From IMG/VR virus record IMGVR_UViG_3300025597_000005: a DNA stretch of 64,000 nucleotides; one strand, 5' to 3'. The translations under genes were made by a program, and so were the position numbers. Below, in pieces: positions 25,101 through 35,062 of the stretch (the first letter of the stretch is position 1; the number at the start of each line of letters is the position of its first letter). This stretch comes from a virus. Its lineage: Duplodnaviria; Caudoviricetes. The notes beneath the pieces are model-generated. The model ran no database searches, had not been told where the DNA came from, and worked only from the letters and a program-made list of their open reading frames with translations.

Positions 25101-25240
25101 TCTTGTTACACACAGTGAGGTAGAAGCTGAGATGTAACAAAATGTAAATGATGTAATAAAGGTTGCGCAAATCCCAGTCAGCCTGTATAATTTTTAGGAG
25201 GTGGGATCTGAATGACCGCGGGCAAGCCGCAACTAAAAAA

Positions 25241-25314
25241 TTCCGGGCTATCCTATAGGGCCATTTTTCTGCAACTATTCCGGGCTATCCTATAGGGCCA
25301 CTTTTTCTGCAACT
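25241..25314. repeat. tandem 36-37 bp direct repeat at the GC/AT boundary
   Basis: TTCCGGGCTATCCTATAGGGCCA(C)TTTTTCTGCAACT at 25241-25276 and 25278-25314. Confidence 0.9.
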
Positions 25315-25339
25315 TTTCCGCCTGCACAATAATTCCAAA

Positions 25340-28300
25340 ATGGCATACATACAAAAATATCCGTACTACGTAGTATTCAAATACTTCGTTCGCTATTACT
25401 GCATGCAGAATTATTACGGGGCCTTCAGAGACACGTTTAAGAAAGAATACCAAAACTTCATCGCCGAGCTAAAGGAAACTGTTCCGGAATTTCAAGAAGC
25501 TTGGGAGTCAGTTGGAATAAACGAACTACTTGTTATATTCGTTCCTTCAGAAGAGGATGCTACATTGCTAAGACTGAAGTATGGAAAATATTTACAAAAC
25601 TCATCCTTACGTACTTAAATAACAATCTCAGATTATGAATTACAATTATACTATCCTGCGTCACGATCTAACTTTTACTGATATCTATGCTAATGGAATT
25701 CTTCCAAACATTGGTAAATTGCATGATGAGCTCTTGAATACTTTCGGTAAAGGTAGATATAATCTAACGTGGGAACAATATGGTAATAAAGACATTGTAT
25801 GTATAGCAGTATATACTGAGGAAGATTATACGATCTTAAAGTTAAAATTTTCGGCTCACGGAGCAGCGGAGCTATAGTGGATTACGGTGAGATTAGGATG
25901 GGGCTATGGTGATACAAGTATATCAGAACTCAATGGAATTAGATATAGAATCATTCATTCCACCTAGTTATGATGCTGAAAAGATCTCACATTCATTCGG
26001 TGTATTTGTATACGATTGGGTAAGAAGAAATCTCAACACCGAAGTAGATTACATTTATGATACGATGAGAAATTATCTTATTGTAGGATTTACATTACCT
26101 AATGAAGCTTCATATCTAGCCTTCAAGCTTGCATCCCCTTTCAAAATTTATGCATTCAACACTACAACATACGAATGGTATAGATGAATAATTCGTTATA
26201 CTTTAGTCAGGATTATCCGCATTGTTGTTTTTATCTTACTGATATGTATTGTGCTAAGAGCCTTGGCAATTTAGAAATTAGGAAGATTATTACTGAAATG
26301 CTTGTATGGTTACAAGACAATAAGGTAGATTTTTGTTGGTCGGATGAGAAGACAGAACTAACTGATTTGAAATCTATTGTGCATGTTGTTGCGGGGCTTA
26401 TGGATAAACCAATTACCAATAGTTTTAGTGCTGCTATCCTATTTAAGAATATAGAGGATATGACTGCTTTTGTACTTAGGTTTTCTATAAACTCGCAGTA
26501 TGCTAAGACTGGATATACAGGACATATTAGGTTTTGAATATGCCCGTAATAAAGCTTTACAACAATGCAGGTATTACGCGATTGCCTTGGGGAGAATACT
26601 TTAGCACGATAAGGGATATGGAGATCTGGTTAGAAGAGTTACCGGTCTTTGAAAATTATTATATCGAATATGATAATGAATATGATAACGAAGGTGCAAC
26701 TATTAAGACCCCTATTGCCATACACATTGAAAATCCTGAGATAGCGGTATTGTTTAGGTTGACGTTTGGACTATAATGGATACACAGTGTTTTATTATCC
26801 TTCCTGGGCATATTATGTACTTAACGGATTGGGAGGGATGGTTAAAAAGAAATAATGTTCCGGGGAGTTGGAATATAAATTCTAATTATATTCTTTTTGA
26901 TGATCCCGCCGATGCCCTGGCATTTAGGTTAACTTTTGGTTTATAATATGGTAGAGGTTAGGTTCTTTGATTACTTTAGGAATTTAGGTAATAACCAAAC
27001 TCGTACATTAGAAGAAGAACAGAATATAATGGAAGATTTCTGTGCAGAGTTACTTGAGGATGGGATACCACACAGACTTAATGGTCTAACTATTTTTAGT
27101 TACCGAATCGAATTTGAACATCCTGAAGATGCTGTAGCCTTTAAACTGAAGCATAAAATATGACAAGAATATATCTACCTTTTACATTCTATTGGTTGGA
27201 AAAAGAGGACACGAACCAGGCAGAATACATCGGCTGGTTTAAGGAAAACAATATTGAAGCAAATCTAGATTACAAATATTTTCCGGGTGAGCTACAGACA
27301 TCTGCACAGCATACTGATAATGTCGGCAATCATGGTTCCACCGTAGTAAATTATATTCTGAAATTACCTTACTACGATTTTGTCGATCCGGAATTAGCTC
27401 TTGCTTTTAAGTTAAGGTTTGGACTATGAGTAGCCATTTACAATATCCGCAGTATCCCTATTCTTCTAGGGTTAGAGTAGAGATAGAGGAACTCTGGGAT
27501 TGGGCTAAGAATGCTAAACTTGAGAATACTGATTACATTTCGATGTTTGGCATTAGTTCTGGAATTAATAAGAGTTACACGGTTAAATTTAGAAAAGAAG
27601 AGGATTACCTAGCCTTTTTAATTAAGTTTAGTGATAGATTGATATGACAAAAGAAATTACCGACGAAGACAGAATCTATGCCAGGCTTTCCGGTACTCCT
27701 GTATTCTTGATAAACCGTAAATATCAGTACGCTGAATTTAATAACGAACTCCTGGGTAAGAGGCGTTACACCTTTAAGTTTAAAAACGGATACGGTGCAA
27801 GTATTATTGAGACATCGTCTACATTGAAAAATTTGTTTAAGCTAGAAATTCCTAAATATGAATTAGGTATCTTGGATTTTGATTATCTTGGCTTACCTTG
27901 TTTGAATTACGATACTGGTATTGCTGATGATGTAGTAAGAGGTGATGAGGAATTAATGGAAAGTCTATTACAGAAGGTAGAGGCATTAGAAAGTAAATTT
28001 AATCCTGATTTGCCCGATGATATGAAATTATAGACGTAGATAAATGAATAAAGAAAATGTGCTTTTCGGCGCGTCGGCTACGCCTCCGACTAGGGAACCG
28101 CTCTACCGCCGACCCGATTTTAAGTATGTTTCCTTTACCAAATTTGAATTTACTGAGCGCAGACAGTATATAGATAGGTTTAGGCCCTGGATAGAACAGA
28201 ATTGCGAACTGTACGAATACAATGTTTCTTATTTAGGTTATAGATCAATTGACGACCCCGATTACAATGACTATATTGTCGGTGTAACTATGTCTGAAGA

Positions 28301-29762
28301 GGATGCACTCATGTTTGTTTTGATGTTTAGGGAACTATCATGATGCTCTATCGAACCAATTTGGTTTTAGAACATTATAGTGCTGGAGTCGAGCGTTGGA
28401 GGAAGGTTCGCGAACTGATAGATTGGTGTAATAAGCACGTTGGTGCAAATAATTGGCGTTACTACGGTGAATATACTGAAACTCCTTTCGATATCTGTTT
28501 TAGGTATGAGGAAGATCTACTACTTTTCAAATTGTGTTGCACATGAAGATTGATCCATTAATGGCATATAAAATCGAGGACTGCTTCAAGGATCCTGTGA
28601 AGATAAAGTTCAAGACAATCGATCCTGATATCGGTGGGCTGGCCATGTGGTGCAAAGAGAATGACATTCTCTTTGATTGGATGCGTTCGGCGGCATATAA
28701 TTATATTTGTGGAATTATTCTTGAACGTGAAGATGCAGCAATTGCACTCCTAAAATTTGAACTTCTATAAAATGCTAACAAGAATTGATACTACAGGGCT
28801 GTCGGAGCCATTGAATTATAAGAAATATGTCGCATGGTGCAGGTCTCAAGGATATAATCCCTTCACTGATGAAGATTTAAAGGCATACGGATTGTGTAAT
28901 TTAACTCTTGTGGCCTTACCGAAGGGACTGGACCTAATGTTTATGTTGACATTTGGTGGCACCATAGCAGAGGAGTGGAAGGATGAAGTTCCAGTATCTT
29001 AATTCCCTGTATAATGAGGTAACCGGTACCAAGCAACAATTCGAACTGCAAAAAGTTTTTAAGGATTGGTTATTGGCTAATGTCGGGGAAGAATATGATG
29101 CAAGAAAGAGTCTCGAAGTCAAAGATTGGGCTTGGTCACTGACAAGATATTCTAGTGATGGCGTACCACGCGGAATCTATTTTACACGAGATGAGGATGC
29201 GGTAGCATTTCGTTTACGTTTTGATATAGGCGATGGGAGATAAATAATCGAATTATGTGAGGTACCCAATGCCGGACTATAAAATGATTGATGTATTGAA
29301 GAATGATACTAATGCATTTGACATTTATAGGTTGGTAGAAGAATGGTGCTTCGAGCACATACCAAGAGAGCGATGGAGATTTGATTATTCATCCACAATA
29401 TGCGTCCGAGGGGTTGATATTCCCGGACGCATTATTTTTAGGTCAAAAGAGGATGCTACTGCCTTCCGGCTAAAGTTTCCAGTGTGACACTTAAATACTA
29501 CTTTATTGATCTAGATAGAACATTAGCAAGGACAGAACCAAGTAGGCTGTGGGACCTGTATTATCAAGTCAATAGTTGGTTATTGTTAACAGTTGGTGCA
29601 TTTGATGAGAGTTGGCGATGGGAATATATTATAGGAAAGACATTCCCTCATGGGATCTGGATTGACACAGAGGAACATTATCTATTATTGCGCCTTACCT
29701 TTGGCGAGCTAGATGTTAGGGAACCTAAGACCGATTATGAAGGACTCGGTAACTCAAATTGA
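25340..29762 (+). other. tandem array of about 16 paralogous small CDSs (family C, C-terminal [IF].F..EEDA..F.L.F)
   Basis: Members: 25340..25618, 25635..25877, 25906..26187, 26184..26537, 26540..26776, 26776..26946 (not in track), 26948..27163, 27160..27429, 27426..27647, 28044..28343, 28340..28546, 28543..28770, 28772..29002, 28983..29243, 29257..29487, 29484..29762. Confidence 0.85.
27644..28033 (+). CDS. phage hypothetical protein (FKFKNGYGASII), not family C
   Basis: Clean ORF within the array. Confidence 0.8.
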   Translation: MTKEITDEDRIYARLSGTPVFLINRKYQYAEFNNELLGKRRYTFKFKNGYGASIIETSSTLKNLFKLEIPKYELGILDFDYLGLPCLNYDTGIADDVVRGDEELMESLLQKVEALESKFNPDLPDDMKL

Positions 29763-29827
29763 AATCATCCGTTTGACTAGAGTGTAGCTCTTTGTTAATA
29801 TAGCTCTAACTTTTGACAGGCACACAA

Positions 29828-30322
29828 ATGGAACCTATCACTATTCATATTGCACTTGGTGTTGCAGGAATTGCTGCACTTGGTGTGGGCTGGTTTGCTA
29901 TCAGAAAAACCGAGAAGAGTCGTAAGCTTGTTGACCTTGCTAAGGAACGCGCTGAGCTGCGTGCCGTTGAGAAGGCCGCGGAACTTGCACGTCAACGCGA
30001 ACAGGGCGTCTACGAACTTCCTTCCACACATCTTAATGTAGGTGGAGTCGATGTAAGGCCTATCCTGTTTGATACAGGGTTTGATGACCTAATTGATGAT
30101 ACTGCGGATGGTCGCGGTAAACTCACAGAAGAACAGAAGCAGACTATTGCGTTGATTTCTCAAGGTATTGCACCGGCTATTAAAGTTGAACGGAAGCGCC
30201 ATATCCTGGGTATGTCTCTTTCTAGGCGTGCAGGTATTCCTGAACGAGATAGCATCTTCAGTGAATTTAACACTGTAGATCCTGCATTTGCTGATACCGA
30301 TCCAAATTTTGGGAGAAAATAA
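29828..30322 (+). CDS. membrane-anchored hypothetical protein
   Basis: N-terminal TM plus coiled coil; promoter TTGACT(29773)-17-TAATAT. Confidence 0.75.
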   Translation: MEPITIHIALGVAGIAALGVGWFAIRKTEKSRKLVDLAKERAELRAVEKAAELARQREQGVYELPSTHLNVGGVDVRPILFDTGFDDLIDDTADGRGKLTEEQKQTIALISQGIAPAIKVERKRHILGMSLSRRAGIPERDSIFSEFNTVDPAFADTDPNFGRK

Positions 30323-30537
30323 TGAACGAAATCATTGCTGCACGTCTGGATTTGATTGCCGCTAAGGCTAAGATCTTAGCAGCAGATTACCGTGCAGGTA
30401 GACAATGGCCGACAGATCTTTCAAGAGGACTAAGCGAACTCGGAGTAGAACTCGAGAATATTCGTAGAGAATCCGGATCTGCAGCCCGTGATGATTATGG
30501 TCCGTATGGTTCTGGTGTAGGAATCGAAGATCGCTGA
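30322..30537 (+). CDS. hypothetical protein
   Basis: Coupled ORF. Confidence 0.7.
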   Translation: MNEIIAARLDLIAAKAKILAADYRAGRQWPTDLSRGLSELGVELENIRRESGSAARDDYGPYGSGVGIEDR

Positions 30538-30538
30538 T

Positions 30539-30811
30539 ATGTGGATTACGATTACCTCATTAGTCATCTTCTTATTTGTCCTCTGTCAATTATTGGCAGT
30601 TGGACTAGGCGGTGCCAATCCGGGATCTAATAATAGTACATTCGTTGACGGATGTATGATATTTTTTATTATTCTATTGCTATTACCTTATCTAGCAGTT
30701 AGAATCACACTATACCTCGGTTGCAAGGTTCCGGGGCTTAGTAAAATTTGTCAACCTGCATATAACCGTGTCGTTTCTATTGGCGACTCAATTAACGAAG
30801 AGGATTTATAA
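30539..30811 (+). CDS. small membrane protein
   Basis: Two TM segments. Confidence 0.7.
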   Translation: MWITITSLVIFLFVLCQLLAVGLGGANPGSNNSTFVDGCMIFFIILLLLPYLAVRITLYLGCKVPGLSKICQPAYNRVVSIGDSINEEDL

Positions 30812-30822
30812 TGAAATAGGTT

Positions 30823-31074
30823 TTGGATATTATCACTAAAGAAGCTATCTTTCACTTCAACAAGGGCCATCTGGCTGATCCGTCTATCCCGATGTGGGTT
30901 ATTAAAACCAAGGGAGAAACGTATTACATCAACCACCTAACTGCGGATTGTCCGTGGAGCACGAAAGAGACTCCTGATAATCCAACAACCAAAGGGTCTA
31001 TTAAATTCAAGAATTGTAGACTCCAAATTGATGAGAATCTCGAGGCCACCATTACAAAGGCAAACAATGAATAA
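30823..31074 (+). CDS. conserved-type phage hypothetical protein (FHFNKGHL...WSTKETPDNPTTKGSIK)
   Basis: ORF; start uncertain because an in-frame ATG-AAA-TAG lies at 30811. Confidence 0.75.
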   Translation: MDIITKEAIFHFNKGHLADPSIPMWVIKTKGETYYINHLTADCPWSTKETPDNPTTKGSIKFKNCRLQIDENLEATITKANNE

Positions 31075-31384
31075 AGACGACATCGATCTGCAGGCTGCGG
31101 TGACTAATCCGGAACTGCGTGTATTCATGATTCAGAATCTGCAGGCTCGTGCCGAAACACAGGCCACAATTACAGTAGCAATTGGAGCGGCATTTATGAT
31201 TGGTGTGGGCCTTACAGTCCTAGCATTCTTGTTGGGATTAAGTAACCTGATCATGTTTCCTTTAATGCTTATGGCACTCTCAACCCAACCACTTCGTGAG
31301 GCCTATGCATATTGGCAGACATTAAAAACTGCCAAATGGGCGCTAGAAGATTATACCGAGGTAGAGAATATTTTACAGAGCTGA
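31067..31384 (+). CDS. membrane protein
   Basis: Two TM segments. Confidence 0.7.
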   Translation: MNKDDIDLQAAVTNPELRVFMIQNLQARAETQATITVAIGAAFMIGVGLTVLAFLLGLSNLIMFPLMLMALSTQPLREAYAYWQTLKTAKWALEDYTEVENILQS

Positions 31385-31406
31385 TAAATAGTCCGAAAGG
31401 ACTATT

Positions 31407-32114
31407 ATGAAAAGATTTGTTATTGGAGAGGATCTCTGTACTATTGGATTCCAAGAACACGTTAATCTAAACATCCTGAAGCCTATTGAGCCACAACTCA
31501 ATAGGCGTCGTCTTTTTATACGTTCCAATTCTGCCGATCCAGGCAGACCCGAAGCAATAAAAATGATAATAGATAAAAATTCTTCCTTACGTGTAAATTT
31601 TGGATGGAGCTTTGAGACTGACGGATTATTCAAAGAAATAATGCATGATTGTGAGCAAGAGGTATTACCAAATTTCAACACAGCAGTAGGTACAATGGTC
31701 TCGGATCTTCGCTGTAGTTGGATAGGATTTGTGCCATTGAATATATTTGAAAGAACATATTATGATGATATGAGTCTGTACAGTCTAATACTCTTCAATA
31801 ATGATCTAATTGATTTTCAAATAGCCGTAATAAAATTTATTTCCGAGCATAAGATTTTCAAACAGCATTCGATGATACGCAATGATCGTTATAGATTTGA
31901 GTATTTTAAAGATTGCAGAAATGATCCGGTAAGGTTAGCTGATGCATTTATTTCCTACATGGAATCTATACGCGAATCTTCTTTTCTTGATAGAATTCCC
32001 AGGGACATCCTCGAGGAGCAGATTGGATGTCATTATCTATATCATCCAGATGTGTTTTTTGAACTATTGGAGTTTTCGAAGCTCAAAGGCGAAATATACG
32101 AATCCGATTTGTGA
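31407..32114 (+). CDS. hypothetical protein
   Basis: GATAAATA at 31383 and AAGGA RBS. Confidence 0.75.
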   Translation: MKRFVIGEDLCTIGFQEHVNLNILKPIEPQLNRRRLFIRSNSADPGRPEAIKMIIDKNSSLRVNFGWSFETDGLFKEIMHDCEQEVLPNFNTAVGTMVSDLRCSWIGFVPLNIFERTYYDDMSLYSLILFNNDLIDFQIAVIKFISEHKIFKQHSMIRNDRYRFEYFKDCRNDPVRLADAFISYMESIRESSFLDRIPRDILEEQIGCHYLYHPDVFFELLEFSKLKGEIYESDL

Positions 32115-32124
32115 TAAATAATTG

Positions 32125-32487
32125 ATGCAATATCCATATCCAAATTATGCAGTATGCACGCCTGAAAATACAATAGCACTTGATGCTAATGTCCAGGCAG
32201 TTGTAAACGCAATTAATTCAAAATCAGTGGTTCCATACGGCGATTACGGTGGACCCAATGTATACTATTTTCAAACATTCAATAATGGATTGGGCAATCT
32301 TGTATACACAATTTTTGATAAGGATACTCAGTTAGGACTCGCTAGTTTCATGGTTCGTTATGGATCAGCGGCAACCATCAGACAGGTATTATTTCAGCCT
32401 TTTCCAAGGAGCCAGATCGACCTACAATGGTTGATTCTCCCACAACTTCCACTTTCAAGCTTTACACAGGGTACCGTTATTCCTTGA
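32125..32487 (+). CDS. hypothetical (likely late) protein
   Basis: GATAAATA at 32113. Confidence 0.7.
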   Translation: MQYPYPNYAVCTPENTIALDANVQAVVNAINSKSVVPYGDYGGPNVYYFQTFNNGLGNLVYTIFDKDTQLGLASFMVRYGSAATIRQVLFQPFPRSQIDLQWLILPQLPLSSFTQGTVIP

Positions 32488-32533
32488 CAAAATGTCTATA
32501 GTGTTGTAAAATACAACATAAAAGGATATTATA

Positions 32534-33046
32534 ATGCAACAAAACGTAATGGTTGACGTCGAATCCGACGGACCCTGCCCTGGAATGCACAGTATGATTT
32601 GTTTCGGTGCTGTGATTGTTGAACCAGGACTTCAAAGAACTTTCTACGCACAACTAAAGCCCATCTCAGAAATTTATATTCCCGAGGCACTTGCAGTTAG
32701 TGGATTCACTCGTGAGGAGACACTAAAGTTTCCAGACCCACGTGATGCAATGCAAAATTTCGAAATTTGGTTGCAGAAAGAAATTCCCGGTAAACGCCCT
32801 ATCTTCTGGTCAGATAATAATGGATATGATTTTGCATTCATCAATTATTATTTCTGGCAACAATTAAACCGCAATCCGTTTGGATGGTCTTCCCAGAATC
32901 TTGGTTCCTTCTATAAGGGACTAGATAAGGACATGTACAGTACATTCAAACACCTTCGTGAAACTAAACATACCCATCACCCCGTGGATGATGCGAAGGG
33001 TAATGCTGAAGCATTACTCAAAATGTTCAAGATGTTGAAAAAATGA
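32534..33046 (+). CDS. DEDDh 3'-5' exonuclease/exoribonuclease
   Basis: VDVESDG, GYDFAF, HHPVDDA; sigma70 promoter TTGACA(32484)-17-TAAAAT. Confidence 0.9.
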   Translation: MQQNVMVDVESDGPCPGMHSMICFGAVIVEPGLQRTFYAQLKPISEIYIPEALAVSGFTREETLKFPDPRDAMQNFEIWLQKEIPGKRPIFWSDNNGYDFAFINYYFWQQLNRNPFGWSSQNLGSFYKGLDKDMYSTFKHLRETKHTHHPVDDAKGNAEALLKMFKMLKK

Positions 33047-33339
33047 AAATTAGAGATAAAATGAAAGAACAGACAGAAGAGCAAGTCTTCCTAAAGAATA
33101 GGTATGATGCATTAGATTATCTTGCCAGACAGGTAGGATTCGACGATGATGCATTTGCTCATACAGAATTTAGCCTTATGCCTTTCTTTGAGTTGATTGT
33201 GGAAGAATGCGCAAAGATTGCAGAGATGCAGGCTCGCAGTTATACTGGTGAGAATGCAGAGGGCAGGGGTTGCCATGATTCTGCTGAAGCTATTCGTTCT
33301 TTCGGAAAGAATTTCGGAAATGGGCGCTATCAAGTTTAG
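33043..33339 (+). CDS. phage hypothetical protein (FFELIVEECAKIA)
   Basis: Coupled ORF. Confidence 0.7.
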   Translation: MKIRDKMKEQTEEQVFLKNRYDALDYLARQVGFDDDAFAHTEFSLMPFFELIVEECAKIAEMQARSYTGENAEGRGCHDSAEAIRSFGKNFGNGRYQV

Positions 33340-33640
33340 GAAAATAGTTATTTCCAAAAAATGGCTACTACGGTCACGTCGTAAATTTGTAAAGATTCAC
33401 GGCAAAGTCATGGGTGGTAACTATTCTATTTCTGCTAGGGCAGTTAGAAAAAAGAATAAGAAATATGCACCTATACATTTTCTTACAAGAACTCATAGTA
33501 TATTGCACCTAAGGGAATCTGGCCCGATGCCTGTATCGGAAAAATGGGCAATCAAAGCTTTACAACTTAGGGAAAAACATTGCCCAACCCGTGCATCAGT
33601 AAATTATACAAACACTTTTTCCTTTGATCGATACCTATAA
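33320..33640 (+). CDS. basic hypothetical protein
   Basis: ATG 33320; K/R-rich. Confidence 0.55.
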   Translation: MGAIKFRKIVISKKWLLRSRRKFVKIHGKVMGGNYSISARAVRKKNKKYAPIHFLTRTHSILHLRESGPMPVSEKWAIKALQLREKHCPTRASVNYTNTFSFDRYL

Positions 33641-34276
33641 TTCTCTGAATAATTTGCAATTTTCAAAATGCCAATGTTTGAATGCAGTAATATCACCGAA
33701 TTTTTTACAATATATACAAGAAACCTTAGGCCTTGAAATATTTGCCGCTCTAATTTTCTCAATAGATTCTAATGAATGATTTTTATTAATAAAGGTACCT
33801 GGTTTACCTATATGGGATAACGAATTTTTCTTTTTAGATTCGGTAGACCTCTTTATACCCGTAAGTGATAAAGATATTTTTTGATTATGTTCTGCTGTCT
33901 GTTTCTTACCCTTATTCCATGGTATCTTACCTTTATGTGTTTGACTTAAAATCTCCGAATATTCAATCTTGAGTTTTTCATACACCCTTGCTGTTATTTT
34001 TGACGAATATCTTTGCTGGCCTTTATTCTGACTTTTCATCATCCTTAATGCATACATCATTTTTTGTCTTTCTTGTCCGGCTGTCATTTTTGTAAGTAAC
34101 CAGTGGCACAAAAAATGTTCGCGACCACTAAGATAGCAGATATTACTTTTATTATCTGTTCCACCTAATGACTTAGGAATAATATGATGTTTTTCAGTAT
34201 ATAAATTATTAGCCTTTGACAATTTAGTCATGATTATATTATAATACCATTTAGTATATTTATTTTGCAAAAACAT
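33635..34276 (-). CDS. free-standing HNH homing endonuclease with NUMOD3-type repeats
   Basis: EKHHIIPKSLGG...N...REHFLCHWLL; HKGKIPWNKG; GATAAATA at 34288-34281. Confidence 0.85.
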   Translation of the reverse strand: MFLQNKYTKWYYNIIMTKLSKANNLYTEKHHIIPKSLGGTDNKSNICYLSGREHFLCHWLLTKMTAGQERQKMMYALRMMKSQNKGQQRYSSKITARVYEKLKIEYSEILSQTHKGKIPWNKGKKQTAEHNQKISLSLTGIKRSTESKKKNSLSHIGKPGTFINKNHSLESIEKIRAANISRPKVSCIYCKKFGDITAFKHWHFENCKLFREL

Positions 34277-34302
34277 AAACTATTTATCAAAAGGTTGATA
34301 AA

Positions 34303-34785
34303 ATGCACCTTGTTGGTCCGTATCTGACAACAACTTCTTACAAGAAACCTAAAGATAAACTCACAAAAGCAAAACGAGAAGAGTTAGAACGCGGATGGCG
34401 TGAACGTAATGTGCGTTTACGGGAAATGAATCTCCCTAAAGAAACTTTTGAAGAATACTTAGATTGGGTTTATGGGCGCGGCAAAAAAACGAAGACGCAA
34501 AAGGTCTCCAAAGCAATCATTACGAAGACCCCTACCAATGTATCTTCGGTCATTTCAAGTCCTGTACAGACAAATAACAATAGCGACCAAGGCCTTGAAG
34601 CCACCGAATTGGTGTTGGCCATTTCGTCGCAGAACAAACCATGGATTACCGGGCCAGTCTCCTCTAAACCGTCGCCAATCTATACGGGCACGAAAGTAAA
34701 GGGCATTGGTACCATGCATAAAAGTAATGCAGTGCCCATCTTCAGTGACGAAGAGGCAATTGATATTTCCAGGATGAGACGATAA
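34303..34785 (+). CDS. conserved T4-like myovirus hypothetical protein
   Basis: C-terminal YTGTKVKGIGTMHKSNAVPIF...ISRMRR. Confidence 0.8.
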   Translation: MHLVGPYLTTTSYKKPKDKLTKAKREELERGWRERNVRLREMNLPKETFEEYLDWVYGRGKKTKTQKVSKAIITKTPTNVSSVISSPVQTNNNSDQGLEATELVLAISSQNKPWITGPVSSKPSPIYTGTKVKGIGTMHKSNAVPIFSDEEAIDISRMRR

Positions 34786-35039
34786 TGGACATGCTTAAAA
34801 ATTTAGAAGATGAATGTTATATCACCAAGGTTATTTCTGCACCATATATGGGTGTCTGTTTTGATTGGACCGCACAGAATGTAGGTTTTGGGGAATTTAG
34901 TTTCTTTCGAGATTTAGAAACAAATAGATGGACATGCAATAGTGAATGTATGAGCCGGGAATTTGTTAAGAAAATGCTATGTCATTTTGTTGATAATATG
35001 GATTTTGTCGACGAACCGACTGATGTAAAGGAAAAATAA
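34785..35039 (+). CDS. hypothetical protein
   Basis: Coupled ORF. Confidence 0.7.
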   Translation: MDMLKNLEDECYITKVISAPYMGVCFDWTAQNVGFGEFSFFRDLETNRWTCNSECMSREFVKKMLCHFVDNMDFVDEPTDVKEK

Positions 35040-35062
35040 AACCGGGCATTTGCCCGGTTTTT
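35038..35062. terminator. bidirectional intrinsic terminator
   Basis: AAAACCGGGCA-TT-TGCCCGGTTTT between convergent genes. Confidence 0.85.

Larger units (their letters stand above)
4306..25191. repeat. dispersed conserved intergenic promoter/leader element (about 45 copies) punctuating a small-gene island
   Basis: Plus-strand -35 boxes start at 4306, 4783, 5382, 6178, 6434, 7163, 7916, 8538, 9165, 9752, 10625, 11276, 11673, 12275, 13287, 13990, 14442, 14732, 15143, 15768, 16067, 16620, 16918, 17724, 19338, 19645, 20138, 20307, 20615, 20889, 21429, 21689, 22004, 22228, 22560, 22970, 23380, 23848, 24177, 24796, 25163. Minus-strand copies at 6137-6142, 19082-19087, 19178-19183, 19299-19304. 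Nearly all have a 17-nt spacer to a TAnnnT/CATAAT -10. Confidence 0.9.

Noticed and set aside
4306-25191. CRISPR array interpretation of the repeated linker
   Set aside because: The repeats are degenerate and separated by whole genes of variable length, and there are no cas genes in the window.
4306-25191. Classical integron (attC) array
   Set aside because: There is no tyrosine integrase in the window and no consistent GTTRRRY right end pairing with the TAAC. Each unit has its own promoter, unlike typical cassettes. Kept only as an analogy.
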